Assembly (NCBI RefSeq): GCF_963921235.1
Contig: NC_086108.1
Span: 43,402,001 to 43,466,000, forward strand
Reading direction: 5' to 3'
From: Mobula hypostoma
Lineage: Eukaryota
Length of the DNA stretch: 64,000 bases
How positions within the stretch are numbered: the first letter of the stretch is position 1; every line of letters starts with the position of its first letter. The translations under genes were made by a program, and so were the position numbers. The notes under the pieces are model-generated. The model was not told where the DNA came from and did no database searches. It was given only the letters and a program-made list of their open reading frames with translations. Shown in pieces: positions 49,287-61,861 of this stretch.

Positions 49287-51288
49287 ATACTACAGTGGAG
49301 AAGACCATCTTAAAGAGTTTTCTTACAATGTGAATTGACTGCAGTTTTCACCTCTTGTACGTCCATTGCATTCAGTCTTTGATATTTGTTTAACGCGCCT
49401 CCCTACCCACTTGTGAAGTCTCACTTTTTTTCATTTTGCCTTCATAATGTGCCTCCTCTGCACTGCAGCTAAAGGTGTTCAGATTTTGAAACCAGTCCAG
49501 CATCCCTTTAGTACAAATTATTGCTGCAGCTATTGTACAACTGAAAAAGCCCCATGTAAGTGTTTTGTATAGTCTGCTTTATAACAGAACTGAAATTAAA
49601 AGGGAATGATGCTAGATCCATTGCAAATGGGTGGGAACTTTGCCATGAGCTGAAAGATGGAAAAATAAATTGTAACTTGTCAGCTGAGAAATTATTATAG
49701 TTCTTTTATGTGACAGCTGTCATTGATCATTGTATACTTCAGTTATTCCTTTTGAGTTGACGAGGCTTTAAACATTTAACTAGATTGGTACTACCAATTA
49801 TCTTTTAAGTTTTAAAAAAATGTGTAAATGTTGGCCTAGCTCTGCCACAAGCAAAACAAGCCAATGAGGGAAATTGCATATTTTCTTCATGGTCATAAAT
49901 CTGTTCTCCCCTTTTCCTCAACAATATTTCTTGTGCGTCTGACCTTTGTCTTATCCAAAGATAAGTACGAGTGCGGATACTAAAGAAAGCAAATGTGTAT
50001 GTGAGGGGGGTGGGGTGCGGGGAGGAGTGAGAAAGTAGTTGGAGAAATAAGAGAACAAGGTAATAACAAAGATAACCACCTGTATAAAAGCTTTTTGAAG
50101 GAAGGGAACAGAGGTATAGTGGAAATTGAGGCATTTTGGTGAGATCACAACTGATGTATGATCTAATTCTATACATCTGCTATGTTGTCTTTATCTTTTA
50201 GATTAGGTTCAAATGTGTTAAATGTGAAATTTTGACTTTGAACAAGCAAACAAGCATTAACTGCTGTGGATAGAGTGCATTCCAAACTTTTATCTCTTGC
50301 TGTGCAGAGTAATATTTCTAAATTTCACTTCCAAAAGGCCCCACTCATTTTTTTTTTTAAACTGGTCTTGAACTACCCAGCCAAAAGACATAATTCCTTA
50401 TTTCATCATCTATATTTGTCCATTGGTATATTTACCCCAAGAATGAAAATGTGCGTATTGGTGAGAAATCTCATTTGGTTCATTTATTTGGCATGAAATC
50501 ACCTCAGAAAATTCTAGTACCTGTAATATAATTAAATGGTACAAAGAGTTAACCTACCAGAGTGTCTTGAGTTACCAGAAATGAAAGTGCTGCACATAGA
50601 TGCAATTAAGAGGAAGGTTAAATAGATGATATTATCTTGCATAAAAAGTCTTGCAGTTTTACTGTCTTTTGGCATGTGTTATTATGCAAGATATAGAGTT
50701 AATAAGTGTGAAATAGGTATCCTATAAGCTGATTCCGCATACTTTAGACCAGTTATTAAAAGCAAAATAAAACCTCTATACAGATAAAATTTAAGCATTT
50801 AAAGGGCAATGCCATTATAATTAGAGTAGAGCTGAAAATAAAATAAAACTAAAATCATTCAACTAACCTATTTAAAAAGAGAACCATCACATGATGAAAC
50901 CAATTAAAATCCATTCAATACAGTACATATGAAAGGTCGAAAAGTAACTTATTTCCAAGTTCTCTTTCAACAGACTCTACCAGTTTGGCAGATAACCACC
51001 ATTACGGAAAAAATGCAACAGGGATCTGAGAAACGCAGTTCCAGATTAAAAAGAGCGCAGCATTCTGAAGTTTGAGGCTTACTGCAAGCCTGCTGACTGC
51101 AGTTTCCACAGGCAAATGATGTAATCATCCAAGTCTCCTAAATACTGCAAGAGTTTAATTAAAGCAATAAAAATAAAGATTGAATAGTAAATCAAGCTTT
51201 AAAATATTAATTCTGCTGTAATGCTGTTGATGTCCTGAATGAATACCTGTAGGATCAAAATTTCATGAAGCTCATTTTCACATTGGCA

Positions 51289-52904
51289 CAGTGGCATGCA
51301 AAAGTTTGGGCACCCCGGTTAAAATTTCTGTTACTTTGAATAGCTAAGCGAATAAAAGATGACCTGATTTCCAAAAGGCATAAAGTTAAAGATGACACAT
51401 TTCTTTAATATTTTAAGCAAGATTACTTTTTTATTTCCATCTTTTATAGTTTCAAAATAACAAAAAAGGAGAAGTGCCCGAAGTGAAAGTTTGGGCACCC
51501 TGCATGGTCAGTACTTAGTAACACGCCCTTTGGCAAGTATCACAGCTTGTAAGCACTTTCTGTAGCTAGCCAAGAGTCTTTCAATTCTTGTTTTGGGGGA
51601 TTTTCACCCATTCTTCCTTGCAAAAGGCTTCTACTTCTGTGAGATTCTTGGGCCGTCTTGCATACGCTGCTCTTTTGAGGTCTATCCACAGATTCTCGAT
51701 GTTTAGGTCAGGGGACTGTGCGGGCCATGGCCAAACATTCAGCTTGTGCCTCTTGAGATAGTCTATTGTGGATTTTGAGGTGCGTTTAGGATCATTATCC
51801 TGTTGTAGAAGCCATCCTCTTTTCATCTTAAGCTTTTTTTTTAAAACAGATGGTGTGATGTTTGCTTCCAGAATTTGCTGGTACTTAATTGAATTCATTC
51901 TTCCCTCTACCAATAAATGTTCCCTGTGCCACTGGCTGCAACACAAGCCCAAAGCATGATCGATCCACCCCTGTGCTTAACAGTTGGAGAGGTGTTCTTT
52001 TCATGAAATTCTGCACCCTTTTTTCTCTAAACATACCTTTGCTCATTGCTGCTAAAAAGTTCTATTTTAACTTCATCAGTCCACAGGACTTGTTTCCAAA
52101 ATGCATCAGGCTTATTTAGATGTTCCTTTGCAAACTTCTGACACTGAATTTGTGGTGAGGACGCAGGAAAGGTTTTCTTCTGATGACTCTTTCATGAAGG
52201 TCATATTTGTGCAGGTGTCGCTGCACAGTAGAACAGTGCACCATCACTCCAGTCTGCTAAATCTTCCTGAAGGTCTTTTGTAGTCAAGCAGGGGCTTTGA
52301 TTTGCCTTTCTAGCAATCCTATGAGCAGTTCTCTCAGAAAGTTTTCTTGGTCTTCCAGACCTCAACTTGAGCTCCACCGTTCCTGTTAACTGCCATTTCT
52401 TAATTATATTACGAACTGAGGCAACGGCTACCTGAAAATGCTTTGTTATCTTCTTATAGCCTTCTCCTGCTTTGTGGACATCATTTATTTTAATTTTCAG
52501 AGTGCTAGGCAGCTGCTTAGAGGAGCCCATGGCTGCTGATTGTTGGGAGAAGGTTTGAGGAGTCAGGGTATTTATAAAGCTTTGAAATTTGCATCACCTG
52601 GCCTTTCCTAACGATGATTGTGAACAAGCCATAGCTCTAACAAGCTAATTAAGGTCTGAGACCTTGGTAAAAGTTATCTGAGAGCTCAAATCTCTTGGGG
52701 TGCCCAAACTTTTGCATGGTGCTCCTTTCCTTTTTTTCACTCTAAAAATGTACAAAACAAAAATAATACACTAATCTTGCTTAAAATGTTGAAAAGAATG
52801 TTTCATCTTTAACTTTGACTTTTGGAGATCAGTTCATCTTTACTCACTTAACTATTCACAGTAACAAATTTTGACCGGGGTGCCCAAACCTTTGCATGTC
52901 ACTA
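51289..52904 (-). mobile_element. Tc1-family transposon, IR/DR type, defective transposase (ATG at 52530)
   Basis: TIRs cagtggcatgcaaaagtttgggcacc with inner repeats at about 51487 and 52700. MGSSKQL...SGRPRK, QQDNDPK and SPDLN-IE, frameshifted. Confidence 0.9.
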
Positions 52905-54599
52905 TATATTGGTTGATATTAATTATTGCTTACAAATTATGAGCCTGTATAGAATTTGAGTTTATAATTAGTACAATATTTATTGCAAGAGTCCTTTGCA
53001 CCTTGTTAATTGATTTTAATAGAAGGGTGGGCAGACTTGTGGATATTACTTTTTGAAATTAGCAGATTACACTGTGGAGTCCTTTCTGTGCAGGTTTCAC
53101 TCAACCTGCTCAGAAATGTGTGGAATGTGGGTCTTAGCTGCAACAAAGCTCAAACAATGTTGCAAAAATACTTGGGAACCAGTATCTGTTGCTTACTTAT
53201 ATTGTACCTTTTGTATTTCAGTCTTCCATTCTTGTTCTCTTGTGCAAAACATTTGAATTGCATTCTGAAGAAAATCCAATCTCTTGTCAGGGGACATAAT
53301 TAGTTTCTCATCATTGATGTGTGTTGCTACGTTATTTCATAATTTTCAAGCGCAATGCAGGAAGGAAACTTTTCTTCCTGTCTGGTCCATGCCAGCTCCC
53401 AGCAGTTTTAAAAAAAAATTATGTACATTTTTACATTTCTATTTTATTATATGTTTTTTGTTAATTATATTTTTCATGTAGCCCTGCTGCTTATTCTCCC
53501 CCAGGCTCACCTAACTTTTTTTATATAGTCGTGTGTGACAACAGAAAGGATTCAACATAATATTTTTTAATTTTAAGCTGTAATTTTTGTGGATTGCAAT
53601 TGAAAGAATATTATTTACATAAGGGTTAGTGTTCTCTGTGAAGGTTGGTAACTCTCCTGTTTAAAAGGCTTTTTGGCTGATCATATGTTCTTAACAAGGG
53701 TGCTAAAGGAAAATAGTGATGAGAACCTCAATTGTTTGGTAATTGAAACCTTTAAAATTATCTCAGTATTTTAGAATAAGGTATGATGTCTTGGTGATTG
53801 TATTGAGTAACTTCACTAATTTAGTTTGTCTTCTAGTTCGTGGTGACTTACTGAGATCAGATTGGAGTTTTGTTTGGGATCTTACTGAGTTCTTGTTTGG
53901 TGGTGGGTTAGTGAGGGGAAACGATCAGTTGAATCTACTGCATGTCACTATCTCTATCCATTACGTAAAAGTTGACAATTAGTAACCATAGGGATTAACC
54001 ACCAAAAAAACTTAATTATGATTTAAGAACACATCTCAGTGCTTTGTGAAATCCATTTTTTTAAGTAGGCAAGCTATTTGGGGATTTTTGAGTGAACACT
54101 AGAATTATTCCATTATATTTTGAGTAACGAATGATGCTGGTTTGTGGTTATAACAAAATTTTGCTGTCAGGACTCTTGCTGATTCAAAATGAGTATAAAT
54201 TGGTTGCTCAATTGTCCTGTCAAAATGTAATTTCCATTTTCAGAACGTTGATTATGTTGCTGCATTGTCATGCTAAAGCTAGATGTATAAGGGGCCATAT
54301 TAACAAACTGGATTTTGAGATAGTGTGACTGCATTTAATTCATACTGAAACCTTCAACAACTACCAATACCATCTTCCCCCAATGTGCATACACACATCT
54401 CTGCTATGTTTCACACTGGAAATTATAATTTTAAAATTGTTTGAAACATTATTTAGAAATGTTGATTAATCCCCATTTGGGCTTAACACTAATTCAGTGT
54501 ATAAGCAAGATGTGAAAATCTGGAAGAGGTCCATTCGGGAATGGTGTATTTCACTAGGAAATACAATCTAAAATACAAAATAGTTCAGTAATCAGCAGG

Positions 54600-56975
54600 C
54601 ATGAAACAGCACACTGTGGTGCCTTCCGTATCATTGTAGGGGATTTCAGCCAGGCAGGCTTGAAGTCTCTGAACAACTACCACCAACATATCACCTGTGG
54701 AGTCAGAGGAGCCAACACACTTAACCACTGTTATGTTGCCATCAAGAAAACAGACTATGCCATCTCATACCCACGCTTGGGAAAATCCAATCACCTGGCT
54801 GTACTTCTACACCATGCTTACCAAGAAGGTATGGTCAAGGGAGGTGAGGAGTGCGTACAGGACTGTTTTGAGTCGGCGATGGGGACAGTATTCAGGGATT
54901 CATCCTTAATTCTGAATGAATACAGCACAGTTGTCACCAATTTCATCAACATCTGTGTAGATGAATATGTGAGTGCCTTTGAGAATATACCAGACATTGA
55001 CAAACCAAAAGCCAGGAGATTTGTAATCTACTGAGGGCTAGATCTATGGCATTCATGAACAGTGCTCCAGAACTATACAAGAAATCCAGGTGTGAGCTAA
55101 GGAAGACTATTTTGAGAGCAAAAGAAAAACAATTCTGATTGAGATTGAGATGGAATTGGATGGACATCAGCTCTGGCAGGGTTTGCAGGCCATTACTTCC
55201 TACAAAGTGAAACCTAAAGTCATGAATAATATTGATGCTTCACTCTCAGATGAACTCAACACCTTTTATGCACACTTGATGGGTGAATAAAACGGCAAAT
55301 GTGTGAATGCCTGTGGCACCTGGTGACTCTGTGATCTGTCTCAGAGACTGATGGCAGAGCATTTTTCATGAGGATGAACCCTTGCAACACGGTAGACCCT
55401 GAGGACTCTTCAAAAACTTGTACCAACCAACTAGTGGGAGTGTTCAGACACCTTCAGTCTCTCACTGCTGCAGTTGGAAGTTCCCACCTGCTTCAAAAGG
55501 GTGACAATCATATCAGTGCCCAAGAAGAGCAGGGTGAGCTGCCTCAATGATCATTGCTCCTTCGCACTCACATCTACTGTGATGAAGTGCTTTGAGAGGT
55601 TGGTGATGGCAGGATTCAGCTTCTGCTAAGCAAGGATCTAGGTCAGCCACAATAGGTTCAAGGTGGATGAAATCACACTGGTTCTTCACCTCGTCTTGGA
55701 TAGATAGATACTTTATTCAGGGTAGCATTACAAGTGCAGATATACAAATAATAGAAGAGAAATAAGAAAGAATAAAAAATACGTTACCTCAATCTGTCTA
55801 ATGGGGGGGGGGGAATCATTTCCCCCACTATAGCTTAACTCATTATAGAGCTAATGGCCAAGGGTAAGAATGATAGCTGGCAAATAGTAATGTCTGTGTC
55901 ATGCTGCTATTTATTGATTACAGCTCAGCATTCAATGTACTAGTACCCTCAGTTCTAATCAGGAAGCTCTAAAACCTGGGACTGTGTACCTCCCTCTGCA
56001 ATTGGATCCTTGATTTCCTCATCGGGAGACCAGTCTGTGTGGATCACAATTAACATCTCCTCTTCACTGACATCTTATCCTTAAGGATGTGTGTTTAGCC
56101 CACTGCACTACTCTCTCTACTTTCACGACAATGTGGCTAGGTAAGCTCAAATGTCATCTATAAATTTGCCGAGGACACAGCTATTGACTGAATTTCAGAT
56201 GGTGACAAGGAGGTGTACAGGAGTGAGATATATCATTTAGTTGAGTGGTATTACAACAACATCCTTGCATTCAATGTCAGTAAGACCAAGGAATTGATTG
56301 TGGAATTTAGAAAGGGGAAGTTAAGGGAACACACACCAGTCCTCATCGAAGGATCAACAGTGGAAAGGGTGATCAGTTTCAGGTTCCTGGCTGTCAACAT
56401 CTCTGAAGATCTAGCCTGGGCGCAACATTTACAATTACAATGAAGGCATGACAACGGTTATATTTCATTAGGATTTTGAGGAGACTTGGTATGTCACCAA
56501 AGATGCTCACAAATTTCTATAGATGTACTTTGAGAGCATTTTAACTGGTTGCATCACCGTCTGGTATAGAAGAGCAACTGCACAAATCAGAAGAAGCTGT
56601 GGAAAGTTGTAAACTCAGCGAGCTCCATCATGGCCTCCAACCTCCCCAGCATTGAGGACACCTTCAAAAGACAAATCTCTCAAAAAGGTGGCATCCATCA
56701 TCCCAGGACATGCTCCCTTCACATTGCTACAATTGAGTAGGTTCTGGAGCCTGAAGACACACAGTCAGTGTTTTGGGAGCCATTTCTTGCCCTCTGCCAT
56801 CACATTTTTGAATGGGCAATGAATCCATAAACACTACTTCACTTTTTTCCTCTTTTATTGGATCACTTATTTAATGTTTACCTAGACTTATTGCAACTTA
56901 TAGTATTTTTATTATTATGTATTACTGCCATAAAACAACAAATTTCACAATGTAGGCCAGTGATATTAAATCTGA
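54600..56975 (+). mobile_element. Degenerate Rex1/Babar LINE
   Basis: [23 protein letters not shown] and FNVSKTKELIVEFR motifs. 3' end 'gtgatattaaatctga'. Confidence 0.8.
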
Positions 56976-58565
56976 AAAAAGATACTACACTAGATACCTT
57001 TTGAATGGTATTGCAAATTGAAGCATTATTTCTTGTCAGTTGACTTGCTTCCATTCTGTATAAAGTAACCAGATAAAAACTATTCTGGCAATTCCAAGTA
57101 TATACTAATTTAAGTATACTAAAGCTTGACCTGAATTCTTTTGGCTTAAGCAAACAATTTTAATAGTAATTTTGGTGTCTGATACTGGAATACAGGTGTC
57201 CCTCACTTTTCGAACGTTTACTTTATGAAACCTCACTGTTACGAAAGACCTACATTAGTACCCTGATTTCGCTAACAGAAAGTGGTTTCACTGTTATGAA
57301 AAAACAGTGCGCGAAAAAAATCAGCGCGCGCTAAAAGACAGCGCGTGGCCCGAGCAGCCACTCTCCCCCGGATTCGGAGTGGCATTCCAGCCAGCATTGC
57401 TTAAACACGTGCCTGTGAGCAGCCGTTAGCAAGATGAGTTCTATGGTATCGGAAAAGCCTGAAAGAGCTCATAAGGGTGTTACACTTAGCGTAAAACTAG
57501 ACATAATTAAGTGTTTCGATCGTGGTGAACGAAGTAAGGACTAAGTGAGTTTGGCTTGTGGAAGCTGACGAAGATGATGTTGAAGAGGTTTTGGCATCCC
57601 ATGACCAAGAACTGATAGATGAAGAGCTGATGCAATTGGAAGAGGAAAGGATAACAATCGAAACCGAATGAGTAATGATAAAGTATGACTTTAATTTTGA
57701 AAGGGTACATAGGTTTAGGGCATATTTGCAGGATGGTTTGAGTCCTTACAAAGAACTGTATGATAGAAAAATGCGCGGGGCTCAGCAGTCAAGCAAGCCT
57801 TCCACAGCAGACGACGAACCTCGACCTTCGACATGGAGGAGGGCAGTCATAGGAGAAGATGAGCTGCCTGCTCTAATGGAAACAGACAATGATGAGATGA
57901 CACCTCAGTGTCCCACCACCCCAATACCCAGGCCACGGACAGATACAGATTTGAGGAGAATGCAGCGGTAGCCGGGAGGCACACAGCTCATCTTTAAGAA
58001 AAGATCCGAAATAAACATGCTAATTAATTAGGTATCGCCCAGCACGTAATTAATTAGCTTGTTTATTTTGGCTTTTTTCTTAAAGATGTGCTGTGCGCCT
58101 TCCGGCTACCGCTGCATGCTTCGTGGATCGGTATCAGTTTGCTGCCCGGAGAGTGGGGGCCACTGCACCACCCAAGCTCCAACAACTCAGCCTAACACAC
58201 CATTATCAGTGTGCTCGCTGTCTTCCCGATTCCCATAAGTGATACTACACTGTACATACATTATTTCTACTTTATATTGGCTGTGTATTTTTACGTGTTA
58301 TTTGGTATGATTTGGCAGCTTCATAGCTTAAAGGTTACTGGAGAGCGCTTGCACCGTGTTTTTGCCGATGGCGCTTGCGCCGTGTTTCTGCCGACAGCGC
58401 TTGCGTGAGATTTTTACTACGGAGAACAGTTCAAGCAATGATTGTGGAAAAGTACTTCTACTTTATATAAACAACAGGAATTCTGCAGATGCTGGAAATT
58501 CAAGCAACATACATCAAAGTTGCTGGTGAACGCAGCAGGCCAGGCAGCATCTATAGGAAGAGGCG

Positions 58566-58603
58566 CAGTCGATGTTTCAGGCCGAGACCCTTCGTCAGGA
58601 CTA
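58566..58603 (-). ncRNA. Minimal hammerhead copy in the left arm, with stem III variant GAAACATC
   Basis: Reverse complement of 60705-60742 except for one CpG-type G>A change. Confidence 0.65.
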
Positions 58604-60081
58604 ACTGAAGGAAGAGTGAGTAAGGGATTTGAAAGCTGGAGGGGGAGGGGGAGATGCAAAATGATAGGAGAAGACAGGAGGGGGAGGGATGGAGCCGAGA
58701 GCTGGACAGGTGATACGAGAGGATCATGGGACAGGAGGTCTGGGAAGAAAGACGGAGGGGGGGTGACCCAGAGGATGGGCAAGAGGTATATTCAGAGGGA
58801 CAGAGGGAGAAAAAGGAGAGTGAGAGAAAGAATGTGTGCATAAAAAAGAGTAACAGATGGGGTACGAGGGGGAGGTGGGGCCTAGCGGAAGTTAGAGAAG
58901 TCAATGTTCATGCCATCAGGTTGGAGGCTACCCATACGGAATATAAGGTGTTGTTCCTCCAACCTGAGTGTGGCTTCATCTTTACAGTAGAGGAGGCCGT
59001 GGATAGACATGTCAGAATGGGAATGGGATGTGGAATTAAAATGTGTGGCCACTGGGAGATCCTGCTTTCTCTGGCGGACAGAGCGTAGATGTTCAGCAAA
59101 GCGGTCTCCCAGTCTGCGTCGGGTCTCACCAATATATAAAAGGCCACATCGGGAGCACCGGACGCAGTATATCACCCCAGTCGACTCACAGGTGAAGTGA
59201 TGCCTCACCTGGAAGGACTGTTTGGGGCCCTGAATGGTGGTAAGGGAGGAAGTGTAAGGGCATGTGTAGCACTTGTTCCGCTTACACGGATAAGTGCCAG
59301 GAGGGAGATCAGTGGGGAGGGATGGGGGGGACGAATGGACAAGGGAGTTGTGTAGGGAGCGATCCCTGCGGAATGCAGAGGGGGGGGAGGGAAAGATATG
59401 CTTACTGGTGGGATCCCGTTGGAGGTGGCGGAAGTTACGGAGAATAATATGTTGGACCCGGAGGCTGGTGGGGTGGTAGGTGAGGACCAGGGGAACCCTA
59501 TTCCTAGTGGGGTGGTGGGAGGATGGAGTGAGAGCAGATGTACGTGAAATGGGGGAGATGCGTTTAAGAGCAGAGTTGATAGTGGAGGAAGGGAAGCCCC
59601 TTTCTTTAAAAAATTTTTTAAAGAAAGGGGCTTCCCTTCCTCCACTATCAACTCTGCTCTTAAACGCATCTCCCCCATTTTAAAGAAAGGGGCTTCCCTT
59701 CCTCCACTATCAACTCTGCTCTTAAACGCATCTCCCCCATTTCACGTACATCTGCTCTCACTCCATCCTCCCACCACCCCACTAGGAATAGGGTTCCCCT
59801 GGTCCTCACCTACCACCCCACCAGCCTCCGGGTCCAACATATTATTCTCCGTAACTTCCGCCACCTCCAACGGGATCCCACCAGTAAGCATATCTTTCCC
59901 TCCCCCCCCCTCTGCATTCCGCAGGGATCGCTCCCTACACAACTCCCTTGTCCATTCGTCCCCCCCATCCCTCCCCACTGATCTCCCTCCTGGCACTTAT
60001 CCGTGTAAGCGGAACAAGTGCTACACATGCCCTTACACTTCCTCCCTTACCACCATTCAGGGCCCCAAACAGTCCTTCCAG

Positions 60082-60408
60082 GTGAGGCATCACTTCACCT
60101 GTGAGTCGACTGGGGTGATATACTGCGTCCGGTGCTCCCGATGTGGCCTTTTATATATTGGTGAGACCCGACGCAGACTGGGAGACCGCTTTGCTGAACA
60201 TCTACGCTCTGTCCGCCAGAGAAAGCAGGATCTCCCAGTGGCCACACATTTTAATTCCACATCCCATTCCCATTCTGACATGTCTATCCACGGCCTCCTC
60301 TACTGTAAAGATGAAGCCACACTCAGGTTGGAGGAACAACACCTTATATTCCGTATGGGTAGCCTCCAACCTGATGGCATGAACATTGACTTCTCTAACT
60401 TCCGCTAG
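60082..60408 (+). pseudogene. Penelope GIY-YIG endonuclease domain (3' end of a truncated ORF); identical protein at 58882-59208 on the minus strand
   Basis: VIY...YIG motif with CxxC and conserved R and H residues. The RT core is absent because of 5' truncation. Confidence 0.85.
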
Positions 60409-60704
60409 GCCCCACCTCCCCCTCGTACCCCATCTGTTACTCTTTTTAATGCACACATTCTTTCTCTCACTCTCCTTTTTCTCCCTCTGTCCCTCTGAAT
60501 ATACCTCTTGCCCATCCTCTGGGTCACCCCCCCCCCCCCGTCTTTCTTCCCAGACCTCCTGTCCCAATGATCCTCTCGTATCCCCTTCTGCCTATCACCT
60601 GTCCAGCTCTCGGCTCCATCCCTCCCCCTCCTGTCTTCTCCTATCATTTTGCATCTCCCCCTCCCCCTCCAGCTTTCAAATCCCTTACTCACTCTTCCTT
60701 CAGT

Positions 60705-60742
60705 TAGTCCTGACGAAGGGTCTCGGCCTGAAACGTCGACTG
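60705..60742 (+). ncRNA. Minimal type I hammerhead ribozyme motif, intact core
   Basis: tagtc-CTGACGA-agg(gtctcgg)cct-GAAAC-GTC^gactg. Stem I is tagtc/gactg, stem II is agg/cct, and stem III is reduced to the palindrome ACGT. Predicted cleavage after 60737. Confidence 0.8.
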
Positions 60743-61667
60743 CGCCTCTTCCTATAGATGCTGCCTGGCCTGCTGCGTTCACCAGCAACTTTGATGTATG
60801 TTGTCTACTTTATATAAGCTGTGTATTTATCATATCATTACTGCTTTTACTATATGTTACTGTTATTTTAGGTTTTATGTGTTATTTGGCATGACTTGGT
60901 AGGTTATTTTTGGGTCTGGGAACGCTCACAAAATTTTCCCATATAAATAAATGGTAATTGCTTCTTCGCTTTACGACATTCCGGCTTACGAACCGTTTCA
61001 TAGGAACGCTCTACCTTCGGATGGTGGGGGAAACCTGTAATAAGATTTACAAATCTATTCCAAATCATTTGCTGTGACTTTTAGAATAATATTCTTAATT
61101 TTTACTTATTTGACATTGCATATGGTTTAATAGTTCTGTAATTAACTCTTTTGCTTTGAATGGAAGCCAGTGTGTCATTGAAACTCATTGTTATTCTGAC
61201 TTCTAGCAACAGTCAACATGATTTTTGAGCCTTGTTTCTGATGGTACAGATTAGTAATGAATTAGTATGTGTTTAGGAAACTGCAAATTCCACAAGTTTT
61301 TGATGGTCTTCTGGCATTCAGTTCTGCTTATACAAAAATAAGTTTTTTTTGAAAGGTGCAGTTCAAAAATTCTTCAGGGACAAATTTTCAATGTATTAGA
61401 AATAACGTTGAACTTCATTTTGTTAAAGTGCATATGTACCATGTAGGTGTGAAACTTTTAGATTCTAAACTTCTGACAAAATCTACAGAGAATCATTGCA
61501 TATGAGAATTAGGGTGGGTTTGTGCTCAGTTTAATTCCACCACAGTACTTTTGTTCAGTGGCACTTAAATTCTATCATTAAGTTTTTTTTTCCCTTTCCA
61601 GCTTGTTTTGAGTATAAAGGCTTGAAAAGTAATGAAAGACTATTTTGACTCTGTGATTTGTCTGTAG

Positions 61668-61830
61668 GAAACAAGGTCACATGTGGCTTGAAGGTGATAT
61701 TTACAGGTCCGTGAAGAAACGGCGGGCTATGGATAAAGAGTGCACTGGATTAAACCAGATTATTTCCGGCATTGATAATCTCTGTCTTGGTGGAAACATG
61801 AAGATGCATTCTATAGACAAGAGTTTGGAG
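61668..61830 (+). CDS. CDC14A: CDC14A-like exon (KQGHMWLEGDIYRSVKKRR...SIDKSLE)
   Basis: tctgtag acceptor and GAG/gtaagg donor. 163 nt, phase matches the previous exon. Resembles CDC14 'KQASLWVQGDIFRSK...ILSGLDDMSIGGN'. Follows a 29.8-kb intron. Confidence 0.88.
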
Positions 61831-61861
61831 GTAAGGAAGTTTCCAGAGTCTGTATTTTCAT

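Larger units (their letters stand above)
58471..60803. mobile_element. Penelope-like retroelement inserted as an inverted dimer of two 5'-truncated copies
   Basis: Arms of about 1.1 kb are nearly identical reverse complements. Each encodes a GIY-YIG endonuclease (FTCESTGVIYCVRC..LYIGETRRRLGDRFAEH..P.GMN). 14-bp TSD tctactttatataa at 58457-58470 and 60804-60817. Confidence 0.92.
57193..61037 (+). mobile_element. Second non-autonomous Tigger/pogo copy, hosting the Penelope palindrome
   Basis: TA flanks at 57191-92 and 61038-39. Colinear with 14684-16138 on both sides of the 58471-60803 insert. Confidence 0.85.

Noticed and set aside
49805..50176. 123-aa minus-strand ORF as a nested gene
   Set aside because: No recognisable domain, a low-complexity stretch, and no supportable partner exons.
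59480..59683. Mirror ORFs crossing the palindrome centre (KGASLPPLSTLLL...)
   Set aside because: They are by-products of the inverted repeat and antisense frames, not genes.
58471..60803. Palindrome as a fold-back read or assembly artefact
   Set aside because: The inversion is confined between a 14-bp TSD, the host Tigger continues colinearly on both sides, and the arms differ by small changes such as an indel of about 14 bp. An artefact is unlikely, though read-level confirmation is still needed.
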